A stretch of DNA of 64,000 nucleotides from Magallana gigas. Lineage: Eukaryota. The position numbers and the translations under genes are program-made. Under the pieces are notes generated by a model, which saw only the letters and a program-made list of their open reading frames with translations, was not told the DNA's origin and made no database searches. The stretch lies in assembly GCF_963853765.1 (NCBI RefSeq), contig NC_088857.1, positions 3,472,001 through 3,536,000 on the forward strand, given 5' to 3'. Shown piece after piece: positions 48,601 to 60,281 of this stretch (its first letter is position 1; each line of letters begins with the position of its first letter).

Positions 48601-51600
48601 TCATGGTTTTCTTCAGGTCTGTGTAACCCAGCGCAGACCTACTGGGAAGATAAATGGATTTCATATAAGCACATTGGAAATTGTTTTCAGATTTTAAGCA
48701 GTTTCAAGGGGGGGGGGGGGGGGTCCAGACCCCCTCCCCCTTCAAACTTTTTTAAATTACATTTTAAAATTACCAAAAATATGCCTCGGACCCCTTTCCC
48801 CTGGCAAACTCAAATAACCGTCGAACCCCCACCCCCCAATAAAATTCTAGATCCGCGCATTGTTCTTAAACAGTGTTAAACCCATTGGTATATTAAATGG
48901 TAGATCGCAGTCTTTCGGTTTATATTCTTATAACAAACATGTTTAAACTGCCATTCAATGAATATATTTTTATTGCTAAACTTACTTTTTCAAAAACGTG
49001 CTCATGCAGATGGTGCAGGGGATGTCAACACTCGATTCGTTCACTCAGATTCGTCCTCAGTTCAGCCGTTGATTTTTTTTTTTACAGATAAACACTCCAT
49101 TGACAGTGTATTTTTTAACCTTGTTTACAGATAATTCCCGTATTTCATTCATTTCACTATCTCCAGTGATCACTATGATGGCAGGAGCCTGAGGAGGCTC
49201 GATGGCAGACAACATGGCAGCTTCGAATGTGAAAATTGGCGGCTAGGGATTTGATCGACCAATCAGCGCGCGCGTAACTTAACATTGAGTGGAAACAAAC
49301 AGCATACGAAAATTCTTAATATTATTCAACATGCATCGAGCAGTTTGGATACTCAAATCTAAGTAGACTGATAGTTTAACTTAATGAAAAGAATATACTG
49401 TTACAAAAGAACAGACAGGTCGGTATTCACGTAAAACATGAGTTGGGGGGGGGGGGGGGTGATTCAAACAGTCATCGTATCCATGCATAACAGTTATATG
49501 CGATTGAAGGGAATAGCACTGGATTTTTTTAATTGAGACTTTCTTAGAATAAGACTTTAATCATAAAATATTTATTAGATTTAATTTTTTCGACTTATTA
49601 TTTTTTTTTGGGGGGGGTGGGGGAAAATATGTACTGTATACAAAAGCAATTCATGCAATTATAATTGACAGTTTTAGACTTGTACTAAATGTGTAAAATT
49701 TTATAAGTCTAAATTCTGTTAAAGCTTTTGCAAGCTCAGTAAGCATAATAAATCAGAGAAAAAAGAAAAGTTTGTGGTAAACTTCTGGCAAATTTTGAGG
49801 TGTTATAACTGAAATCATATCTAAATAATTAATTGACAATTTTGTAACCCCCCTCCACTGCTCGATCCTTAAATTATAATTAAAGCAGAAATCAAATATG
49901 ATGCCTAGCAGTATTGCCAGATCGAATCATATATATTATGTATAAATTAGTTTATGATTTAAATGATCAAATACAATGTCATGTTGATGTTACCAGAAAA
50001 TTATTTCTGGCAGTATGATACTGAGTGTAGCCAGAATATTACCAGAAGTCGTTGCAGCTAGTGGCAATATTCTAGGTGCATGTTAATATAATTTTTTACA
50101 GAAATAACTCTAATAGTATTGCCAGAATGTTGCCAGAAGTTATTGCCGCTAGCGGCAACACTCCAGCAGTATTGCCAAAATGTTACCAGAAGTTGTTGCA
50201 GCTAGCGGCAACATTTCACTAGTCTCAAAATCTGGTTTCTGGTAACAAAAATGTGTTGCTGCAATATAGCCGCAATATTGCGGCATTGTTGCAGCAATAA
50301 TTTTACTTTGGTAAGGGTCATTGACAACCTTTTCAATGAAACACTGCAATATTTGTTCAAATATAGTTTTGAGATATTTACCTGTTGTCATACGTAACTT
50401 TCACATACCACTCATCAACAACTGATTAACACTTCTAAACTCTTGAACATGGGAGTATGATTGGGATAAAAATATATGCTGCTGTTTTCTATGTTATACA
50501 GTACAGTATTGGAATTATTGTTTAATAGGGATAAATGCAATATTAATGTTATCCTTAAAAATTGTTATGTGACTCTAACACAGTAATTCTTTTAGTATCA
50601 TGATTAAAAATGAGAAAGTTTTATTAAGACAAAGCAAACTGTGAGCGATATCAGTTTTTTCCATTCTTGCTAATTCTCTGTTGACAGACCTAGTGAAAAG
50701 GAATTCTTATTCTGTAAAGCATACAATCTCTTCCCTCTTTAGTAAAATTATCTTGATAACTGTTTCTTAAAATTACAATATTATGTTATAATAATGGCAA
50801 TAAAACACAATGAAATGAAATATGGTGGCAAGGAATTTAGCCAGCACTGGTTGGATTAATCTGTTTAGAGTACAGCAATACTCACTTCCTTTTACATTGT
50901 ATTGAACTCTGAAAACCTTATGTATACCAGGGTAAATCATAACAATAACTCGCAAGAAAACATAATGAATTGAAATATGCTGGCAAGGAGTTTAACCAGC
51001 ACTGATTGGATTAATCTGTTCAAAGTACAGCAATACTCACTTCCTTCTACATTGTATTTATATCTGAAAACCTTATGTATAAATCATCACAAATAACTCG
51101 CAAGAAAACAATGAATTGAAATATGCTGGCAAGGAGTTTAACCAGCAGTGGTTGGATTACTTTGTGCAGAGAACAGCTACATTCTCTTCCTGTTACATTC
51201 TATTGAACTCTGAAAATCTATGTATAAATAATAATTGATAGTTAGCTATGATACCTTTGTGGAACTTCATAGGGATGCCATCAAATAATTATCAGGTGAA
51301 AAACGAGAAGTTATCTGAAAGTTGTCAATAATACAGCAGAATAAAATACAGGCCAGATTTCTCCCCGATCTCAAGCTATATTGAGCATCGGAACGTGTGA
51401 TTTAAAAACATTAATTATTAAATTGATTAGCACTTTGAAAGGAAATCAGATCCACACGCTGTGCAGATTAATGGGAACGTCCATACTGGAGATGTGTGAA
51501 AATTTGCTTTGCATTACTGTACTAAAGGGGCTAGTCAATAACATCTGGGACACACTAATAATGGCCCCTGGTGTCCCCTAACAGCTGTGGGGGATATTGA

Positions 51601-54600
51601 ACCAGGGTTCGCATGCACCATAAATAGATATTTAACATAATAATAGAGAGCTTCACTGTATCTGGAGACTTGCAGCACACGGGGGAAGATTTATAACTGT
51701 CGGCCAGGATGCTGTTACAGAGCGGATTCTTATTTACAGACTTGTTTTTTCTTGTTGCAGACTAATTACCATATTGATTTCAAATATGTTTATGCACATT
51801 TCCCAGTAAAGCAAGATACATGTATTCTTTATAAACTTGATTGATCTGGACTGGTATTTTCTAAAATTTAAATTTTCAGGACCAAGGAGATTATTCCAGT
51901 AATCAAGAAAACACAATACTTGAAACTATATTCCTTATAAACTTGACATTCATAAATTTATACTTTATCTTTAGGGCCAAGGTATTTCAGGCTTCCAAGT
52001 GTAACATTTGTAACCACCCACTGGAGCTGCCATCTGTTCACTTCTTGTGCGAGCCCCACTCCTACCATCAGCAGTAAGTCACTGTGTCAATTATTCTTTT
52101 AATTACTATGTTAATCATTCTGTTCTATGTCATCCTCCTTCTACTACCAGCAGCATGTCCCAATATGTTAATACTATACTATATATATTATATTCATCGT
52201 GTTTGCGTCAACCTACTCCTACACTGGCAGTATGTTGTAATGTCATTAATTCTCTACTTTGTCAATCCAACCTACTCCTACCACCAGAAATATTTCACTA
52301 TGTCAATCATTCTAAACTATGTTAATATACTTCTACCAACAGTAAAATGTCACTATGTCAATCATTCAAAACTATGTCAACATACTCCTTCCTCTAGAAA
52401 TATGTCACTATGTCAATCATCCTAAACTATGTCAAGTTACTCCTACCAACAGAACTATGTCACTTAGTCAATCATTCAAAACTATGTCAAGATACTCCTA
52501 CCAACAGAAATATGTCACTAAGTCAATCATTTTAAATTATGTCAACATATTCCAACCTCCAGAAATATGTCACTATGTCAATCATTCTAAACTATGTCAA
52601 GTTACTCCTACCAACAGAAATATGTCACTATGTCAATCATTCTAAACTATGTCAAGTTACTCCTACCAACAGAAATATGTCACAATGTCAATCATTCTAA
52701 ACTATGTCAAGATACTCCTACCAACAGAACTATGTCACTTAGTCAATCATTCAAAACTATGTCAAGATACTCCTACCAACAGAAATATGTCACTATGTCA
52801 ATCATTTTAAATTATGTCAACATATTCCAACCTCCAGAAATAGGTCACTATGTCAATCATTCTAAACTATGTCAACATACTCCTACCACCAGAAATAGGT
52901 CACTATGTCAATCATTTTAAACTATGTCAACATTATCCTACAACCAGAAATAAGTCACTATTTCAATCATTCTAAACTATGTCAACATACTCCTACCACC
53001 AGTAATATGTCACAATGTCAATCAATCTAAACTATGTCAACCTTCTCCTACCACTCAAAAAATGTGACTGTCAATCATTTAACTTTGTCAACATACTCCT
53101 ACCACCAGAAATATGTCACTATGTCAATCATTCTAAACTATGTTGACCTTCTCCAACCACTAGAACTATGTCACTATGTCAATCAATCTAAACTGTCAAC
53201 CTACTCCTACTGCCAGAAATGTGTCACTAAGTCAATCATTTAAAATTTGTCAATCTACTTCAACTAACAACAGTGTGGCACTATGTGAATCAGTATGTTA
53301 TTATCATTATGACTAACACTTTACACTATATCAATCATCCTATACTATGCCAACCAACCTACACCATGTCTATCCCATCATATATGTCAATCACCCTATA
53401 CTATGGTAATCACTTTATATACAACAGTCACTATATACCAACGTTGATTTGGAATTTTTTACAGTACAGTGTATCTAATTTTGCTATTTTTGAAATAATT
53501 TTTTATCTTTCAAGCACATGGACACTCATTAGTTTCGTCTGTAATGGCTTTTTAAAGTCATTTTTATTTAAATTACAGAAAATGGTGAACACATGAAAAA
53601 AAAATTGATTTTTACGTGTTTGTGTCTCTTTTTTTGGAGACGCACTCAGTCCCTCTACACAAAGTATTTTACATCTCTCAGATTATTGCGTACTTTGTAT
53701 CTACCTGGGAGAGTAGGCCTCCTAGATACACCGCATGTCAATCACAAGCATTGATCAGGTTTTTCAAATGCTATTTCAATTATTTCCGTTCCCAAAATAA
53801 CATCATAATCAATATAGCTTCAGCATGTTTTTTGTTTCTCTATTTTTTCATTTTAACGAGAAACAATACATGCACCATGTACGGTACTTCTTTGTAAACT
53901 GAAAGAAAATCACATTATTGTTTAATCTTTTACACCTTAATTGAGTATTTATTGTGTTTTCTTTTCCAGCTGCTTTGAAAGTTATGCTGAAAACGACTCC
54001 GAGTGTCCAGTTTGTGCTGCAGAAAACAGGTAAACAAACATGTTTGTAGAAAAGTGTATTGAGATTGAAATTCTATATCAAAATGTACAAAGTATCTGAC
54101 ACAGACCTTTGTTTTCATTGGTAATCGGTAAGCCACCCAAATATTAGACATAAAGCAGATTGCGCTGATTAACTTCTGTACAAGTACAAACCATAGAGTG
54201 CCAAACTCGTTATATTCTGGGGGGTTTTGTGTTTGTCAAGAGTTTGGGGGTGTCTAAGTGGAGTGACTCATCCACCGCGACAGTTGGTTCCACTAATACA
54301 CTACACATGACAGCTATGTTTATTTCCAGGAAAATCATGGATATCATTCGAGCCCAGGAACAAAGCCGAGATCTTCACGAACAGTTCCATAATCAGGTAA
54401 CAGGATCCATCAGTGTATGGTCCATGTTATCTCCAACACCCTGTCACATAGCTCTGATGTAAGACTAGCATCAAGCAACTGCACTAGTTGTAATTCTAAG
54501 ACTATCATCAAATAATCCATTTCAGTACTGATAGATCATACAGTTATTGCCTCTGGTATATCTTGATCTTTTTTTTTGTTACAGTTACAAAGATCTCAAG

Positions 54601-54857
54601 ATGGCTTCTCAGTGGTGGCAGACTACTTTGGGAGAGGAGTTTTCAATAAGGTAATTCTAATCCTCCTGGCCAATCCCTGTTATAACTACCTATGAGCAGT
54701 GTCAAACATTTTTTTTACAAGGAATACACAAATTTTGTCTTCCTACCAATTAACAACATATCAGAATGTTTGTTTCCTCCTTTTCCAGGTGACCCTGATC
54801 ACGGATTCACCTGCCAGACAGACCTCTAAATCCCCGGCCACCAGCCGGTATGTGTAG
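28792..54857 (+). CDS. VPS11: Vacuolar protein sorting-associated protein 11 (HOPS/CORVET core subunit), ~920 aa, 29 coding exons
   Basis: Starts MAFLQWRRFNFFDK; contains QYGDHLYSKGD, SYVIRKFLDAQRIHNL, NLLPPLLVIQTLAHNSTATL, RING SKCNICNHPLELPSVHFLC..HSYHQHCF..ECPVC, DYFGRGVFNK. Exons 28792-28806, 29099-29173, 29662-29835, 29949-29999, 30095-30160, 30289-30386, 30793-30937, 31316-31405, 31607-31743, 32523-32664, 32779-32858, 33538-33691, 34072-34218, 34710-34901, 35258-35363, 36253-36282, 36581-36681, 36967-37050, 39742-39792, 39899-39987, 44162-44236, 45229-45320, 46253-46338, 46652-46773, 51975-52073, 53970-54029, 54330-54396, 54585-54650, 54789-54857. The last exon may instead splice at CG|GTATGT, so the C-terminus is uncertain. 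Confidence 0.96.
32929..33473. mobile_element. Non-autonomous element with short TIRs and an internal ~187-bp tandem duplication
   Basis: GCTGTCAA ... TTGACAGC termini, subterminal AACCGGGTTTT / AAAACCCGGTT, two copies of GGGTACCCT..TGTACGGATAACTCCTCCTACAG...GCATATA. No TSD seen. Confidence 0.65.
35663..36159. mobile_element. TTAA-target non-autonomous DNA transposon (Kolobok/piggyBac-like), 497 bp
   Basis: TTAA|AGGGGCATGGTCACGATTTTGGTCAAAT ... ATTTGACCAAAATCATGACCTTGCTCCT|TTAA. Confidence 0.8.
37205..39684 (+). mobile_element. Non-autonomous Helitron/Helentron element with central ~166-bp satellite array (Cg170-like)
   Basis: Left box TTTTAGCTCACCTGAACCGAAGGTTCAAGTGAGC, (GTCC)n microsatellite, ~13-14 tandem ~166-bp units, right box CAGGTGAGCGATGTGGCCCATGGGCCTCTTGTT; matches the architecture described for Pacific oyster Helentrons (recalled, not searched). 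Confidence 0.88.
45321..46252 (+). other. U12-type GT-AG intron in VPS11 (932 nt)
   Basis: 5' site C|GTATCCTT, branch-like TTCTTAAC at 46235-46242 ten nt before the AG, no pyrimidine tract between branch site and AG; gives EVLSQIDKKNLLPP in frame. Confidence 0.85.
47148..50317. mobile_element. CACTA/EnSpm-like non-autonomous transposon, 3170 bp, in VPS11 intron 24
   Basis: TIR CCCTTACCAAA at 47148 and TTTGGTAAGGG ending 50317, TC on both flanks, TTGCCAGAA/GCAATATTGC-rich subterminal repeats at both ends, three near-identical 127-bp units at 47214-47594. No transposase ORF seen. Confidence 0.8.
50805..51230. repeat. Three tandem ~150-165-bp copies in VPS11 intron 24
   Basis: Recurring GAAATATG(G/C)TGGCAAGGA.TT.A.CCAGCA.TG.TTGGATTA...CAGCAATACTCACTTCC. 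Confidence 0.75.
52058..53290. repeat. ~55-bp minisatellite, ~20 copies, derived from VPS11 exon-25 end and donor
   Basis: Junction CTCCTACCATCAGCA|GTAAGTCACTGTGTCAAT versus unit CTCCTACCACCAGAAATATGTCACTATGTCAATCATTCTAAACTATGTCAACATA. Confidence 0.88.
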
Positions 54858-57485
54858 ATTTCACCGGGTGGCGGGTGATGCTAGTAATGGTTACCCAGGC
54901 AGCGGTACAGCAGACACCAGGAGTTGTGATGACTTGCCTGACACAAACACACTACCAGAGCTAGATCTGGGACTCCTCAGTGCAATATTGTTATCTTGTG
55001 ATCGCTTTGTTTCAGCAAACCTAAGTGTAATTGTTTTGAATGGATTATATGTATATAATTATTAAAACATTTGATGTTTTTAACAACTTGTGTTATTTTG
55101 TGCATTACTCAATGTTTTCACCCATGTTTTTATAATTCACAAAAGAGTTAGTAATCTTAATAATGTATTTAATGAACACAGAGAATTAGGATAAAACCTA
55201 AGTTTGGTAGTAATCTGGGTGAAGAAATTCATTCAGGTTTGAGTATCTGTTTACTTAACCAGGGAAATATTGTAAGATTTGGCATGTTGATCTATTCCTC
55301 CATCCATCTACAACATTAGCTCTCACATTTTGTATTTAATCATTAACTTAACTGATAAAGAGCTCAATATCTTACCTAGAAAACCTCATTCATTTAGTGT
55401 CAAGGTCAAAGAGATTATGTAAGTCACAGTCATTCTATGATTGTGACACGGATCATCTTTCCCAGGATTAAGTTTACGCGCCTCTCCGTCCACGGTCTTG
55501 TTATCATTTCTCCATTTCATGTAGAACTCTGAGACACATTTGCTCAATACCAAAAACAAAACAACAGACTGAGTAATATGTACGATGCTTTATTGTCAAT
55601 CTGCAGAAGATAACGATAAGACGTGCTTGTCCGAAATAGACAGGCAAAAGATTGGGCGGTCAAGAAGGAATTTACTGTAGTATAAAAACTGGCGGGGGAG
55701 CCCAAATAGTTTACAGGGACCGCTGTGTATCCCGTAACCATGGATACGATGGGTCCCCAGAATGTCTAGATAATCGTCATTTGATGAAGTTTCATGTGTA
55801 ATGATAGTGTTTGTCCTTTTGGTTTGGTTTTGGGGTTTTGTATTTTTGCTATGACTATTAAGACTATAAGACTATTAAATAAACAGTTCGCCTCCCAACC
55901 CCTCTATTCAATACTATTAAACAATTCACATTTATAGTTCTATATATAATTTTCGGTATTTTTCACTGGGCAAACAAGTGCAAATTATGAACAAAGGGCT
56001 TGTTCAGTTTCCAAACCTCGACAAACACCCGTGAACAGAGTCTGGTATACAGCGCCACTTCGCCTCTGTGACCTACACGTATTTTGAGACTGGCTGTTTT
56101 ATTGGTTATTTGAAATCGATGGATCAAATAAAAAGAGCAGCAATTTGTATTTAGATGGAACACATTCTATTTAATGTGGTCTTTGTGCGGCATATGTCCA
56201 CGAGTCTCTTGTTTGCTTGTATGAAATGAAACTATAGTGTCTGAATGAGATTATATATTTTGAAGGAGAACAATGAAAAATAACATTTCGCTGTGTATAT
56301 ATATAATATAGTAATAAACAGATATATACAAGAAACACACGCACACACGGTTGATATAGGTCTGCTTCACAAACACAACTCCCTGCTCGTGCTCCACCAA
56401 CTTTTAACACAGAACACTAAACACTAGGGGAGAAGAAAAATAAATTTCACAAGAATGTCAACAGCATAGTTAAATATCAGCGTATTGCAGCAAAATCTCT
56501 AGGATTGAAAACGGGAACTGCGTCAATTTTACACAATAAAATCCTTGCCGGAATAATTCGGTATTGATACACTGGGACTTGTAGCGACTCTATTGCGGAC
56601 TACTCGGTGCGCTGGAAACCATTTCTGTGCAGGCAATACATAAAAATCAAGTTGACGTGTTATATAAAGATATATATCTTGTGCAATTTAAGAAATCTCT
56701 AATAAATATGCTATATTTAGTTTTAGTCACGATAAAAAATACGGTATGGCCGTTTTGGAATTGGGTGAGTTCAGTTTAGAAGTAAGGAGTACGGAGATAG
56801 TCGAGACTTCCTGTGGATAGTCAAAACATCCGGGACCTTTAATTTGTATCACTTCAATCAGATTCCAGAGACACATTAAAATATCGACTGGATTCTACCG
56901 TTCTGTTGATCACGTCCTCTGAGAATACTGTAAGAGAATAATATCGTTTGGTTGCGTTGTACGTAGAATCAAAAAACAAAACAAGCTACTATCAACAGCT
57001 GATAGAGTTGGGAAGTTCGTTGCAAACGGTTTTGTAACCAGTACACGCTTAGATTTCTTCAAAATTAGAAACAAGGTATATAATTTTCCTAGTTATCTTG
57101 TTTTGGGGAAACGAATACATTAACCTTGGTGATTGACAATCATTGTTTTAGTAATTTCCTAAGTTTCAGCTATATGGACAACACACAAGGTGAGGAATTC
57201 ACAGCACGGATACAGGAAGTGAATTAATTCAAATGTTCTCATAAGAAATGCCGACTGAATAAAAAAAATCATCACATTTCTCTAAGATTGTTCCTAACCT
57301 ACACCAGGTGTCGCTTTGTCATCTGAAGCAGGACACTAGGACATTCTAACTACCACCCTTGAAATACAGTCCTACTTCCGGTTCGAAGGAGCAGGCGTGA
57401 CGTAGATATCACAAGCTGAGTTACCGATATGTCTTGCGCGGTTGGAAGTCACTGAGCGGTACGACATAGCGACACGTGGCCTGGG

Positions 57486-60281
57486 TTACGTATTCACCGC
57501 CACCAGATTGTTAGACTTGGGGGGTGAGGTGGAGGGGGAGTAGTGACGCGCTTCCGCCGAGTTGTTCACCGCGGAGGAATTCGAGAGTTTGGTGGAGTCT
57601 GTTGTCGCCCCGTCCGCTACATGAGAGTTGTTTACCAGGTCCTCTGTAACAAATGAAAATAATTGTCAGCAAACTCACTAAAGCAAAAACACGGTCTCAA
57701 GGCTGGAGTTCTAAACACGTTTAAAACTATGGTTTCAACCATCGGTAATCTTCATCTATTGAAATACAAATTATTTTTCAACTAATCAAACTAACGCTGT
57801 ATGAGTTTATATAATCATTTTTGGTTAATTGTTATATATGAGTACACGACCATTATTTTTTACCCAGATAATAAGCATGCTCTAAAATTCTTTCTGCTGG
57901 TTTTTGTCTTTAGTGAGATATCAAAGACAGAGATTATTGGTCTGCCCTTGAAGTAAAAATAATTCTCTGTATGTGTAATGAGCTATGTATTATCGTTCTT
58001 TGGAACAGTTTCTGTGTTATTTTCTGTTTCAAGGTTTGGATGAAGTTTCTCCAATTAATATATATATACCGGTATATATTGCATATCTTATAATATATTA
58101 GTATTTAATTTAGAAGCATCATGTCCATGCTAATCTATTTGTTTGCTTACTGTAATTTATTACTTTAGTTTGAGTTGTAACGAATAAGAACATAAAAGGT
58201 TATTCATAGTATGCATTTAGAATTACATAATCTTTGATTCACTAAATCAAACATTGAATAACATGTGATAAATTTTAAAAGATTTGTTAATCCCATTAAT
58301 CCGATTAATGCTTATAAACTGCTGATCGCTTTCAATAATATTTACAGTCACTTATAGAAGTCTATAGCTATCCTTGCAAGTCGCTTTATTTGTTTACAAA
58401 GTGTACTGCACAGAAGTAAATAATGCAACCAAACGATAATAGAGTAAAAATAGTCTTTGCGTATTTTGCATTTGAAATGTACATGTATTTTAAGGCAAAA
58501 ATAAAAGCAACTTCACAAACGTTGAAAACATATTTATATATTCTATACATGTACATTAAGTTTTTTTCCTAAATTAGTATGTAATTAAGAAGCATCGCGT
58601 CCATGCTTATCTATTTATTTATTACTTTAGATTACTTTTTTTTTTCGTTCAAATAGGCATCAGCAAGGGTTTATTCTTTCAACCCAAGATGCGGCAACTA
58701 TTAGTCAATTACCAATTAATTAATTAATATGGTTACATAACATGGCTACTGAGCCGTGAAGCTTGGACTTGGTGTGTACCAAGTCATTTGATATCAGCAA
58801 AAATCCATAGTTCGAGGTGTGAAGCATGTACATGTACTAATGAAAGGTAATTCTGACAGGATAGTACCACGAGAATTACATCATCAAACACCACCGAATG
58901 CTACTCACTCTTGTCCTGGTTTATCGAGGTGGATGTGGTGACATTACTTGTGACAGAGTTGGTGGTGACCCCCAGGCTGGCGGTGGTGGCTGTCACAGAG
59001 TTACTGCTCCCCACGGGGGTACTGTTTAGGTTGGCGTTAGGTGCCATGATAAGACTGGTGATCCCAGCGGCATCTGTCAAACAGAGCAAGAGGAAAGGTC
59101 AATAAACATATGTATCAGTATCGGCCATGCTATATGTTGTTTAACACCTAGTAAGTGGGACAATGATGTGTTTGGTCATTGTCGTCTCTGCACAGTAGTT
59201 AATGAAATTCAACCATTGTAAACAAACAGAAACAATCTGTGTGCATGTTTCTTTGAATTTCATCATTTTAATTATGGCTTTGACATGTATTTGACTATAA
59301 ATTGTTATTTCATTTGAGAGATTATTTTACAACATCCTAATGGTAGCAAATGGCTAGAGAGTAATATAATGAAAAGTGCTTCTTTTTTCTCTATTAAAAA
59401 AATCCGATAAAATGATTTACTCTGACATTAGGGAAGATGCTTCAGATTTTGCTGATCTTCTCATCTTCAAAACAAAGAGATAAAGCAGCTATACTTGAAT
59501 GTTAATTAAACCCAGCAAGAGGATGGCAGTCGCTGGTTGCTTCCTTACCAATTCTTGTTGATCGTTGCAATATTCTTAAAACTGTGAGTGAAGTAAAGCC
59601 TTGATATTTACAGAAAAGCGAGGAGAAATGTGAGACGACGCTCGTTTAGCATGTCTCCATGCATTTCAAGCATGGCTTGTTTTTTGTGCGTGTTTGTACG
59701 AAGTGACTATTATTTACCAGTATTCTCTCTCCAGAAATCGAACATTCCAATCTCTGCCACACTAACGACAACATGCAACTCTATCATGGATGGTGATATT
59801 GATTTTAAGTAAAGTTAGAATAATGCTTTAAAAGGCCGTAACTACAGAACTACACAGACTAAAAAAACAAGCTAGAAGCAGCCTCAAGCAGGCTAACACT
59901 TGGTTGGTTCTGCAAAGCATTGGCAAACACAGTAAAACGTGAAGATTATATCAAAATTTGTTCACTTCTTAAAACCGACAGTCGTAACGTCAGGGGTACT
60001 TGTAAAAATATCGCAATTTTGTTGCGGTTCTTGGAAACAAAAGGGGGAAAATTTGAAATAAAATAATGACGACATTAAGCCACAAAATTCCTCCAAATAC
60101 AAACCCGATGGCTTAATTTCGGTAACTTTAAGAGGGGTTCCGGGGTTTGAACTTATTTCCACAAGGCGGGGTGGGCTCTTGTCTACCACATTGGATTGGG
60201 GTCGGGATCGAGGTACCGTACTGTCCTCTTTATCAGTGTGATTTATCATCAACATCGGGATCGATTCCTCTCCAGCCCGGC
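57486..60281 (-). CDS. Partial gene: Ser/Thr/Asn-rich low-complexity protein exons, product unknown
   Basis: Exons 60105-60281, 59549-59581 (candidate 33-nt), 58909-59073 and 57486-57643 have canonical AG/GT boundaries, join through phase-1 junctions and stay open in one frame (...NSTPVGSSNSVTATTASLGVTTNSVTSNVTT...HYSPSTSPPKSNNLVAVNT*). 5' end not found; 3' end uncertain. Confidence 0.6.
58192..58574. repeat. ~380-bp dispersed repeat; second copy at 10241-10616
   Basis: Co-linear similarity from ATAAA.GGTTATTCATAGT.TGCATTT to GTACATTAAGTTTTTTTCCTAAATT. Confidence 0.8.

Noticed and set aside
52047-53596. Repetitive ORFs (CHYVNHSKLC..., YSYQQKYVTM...)
   Set aside because: Products of the 55-bp array within VPS11 intron 25.
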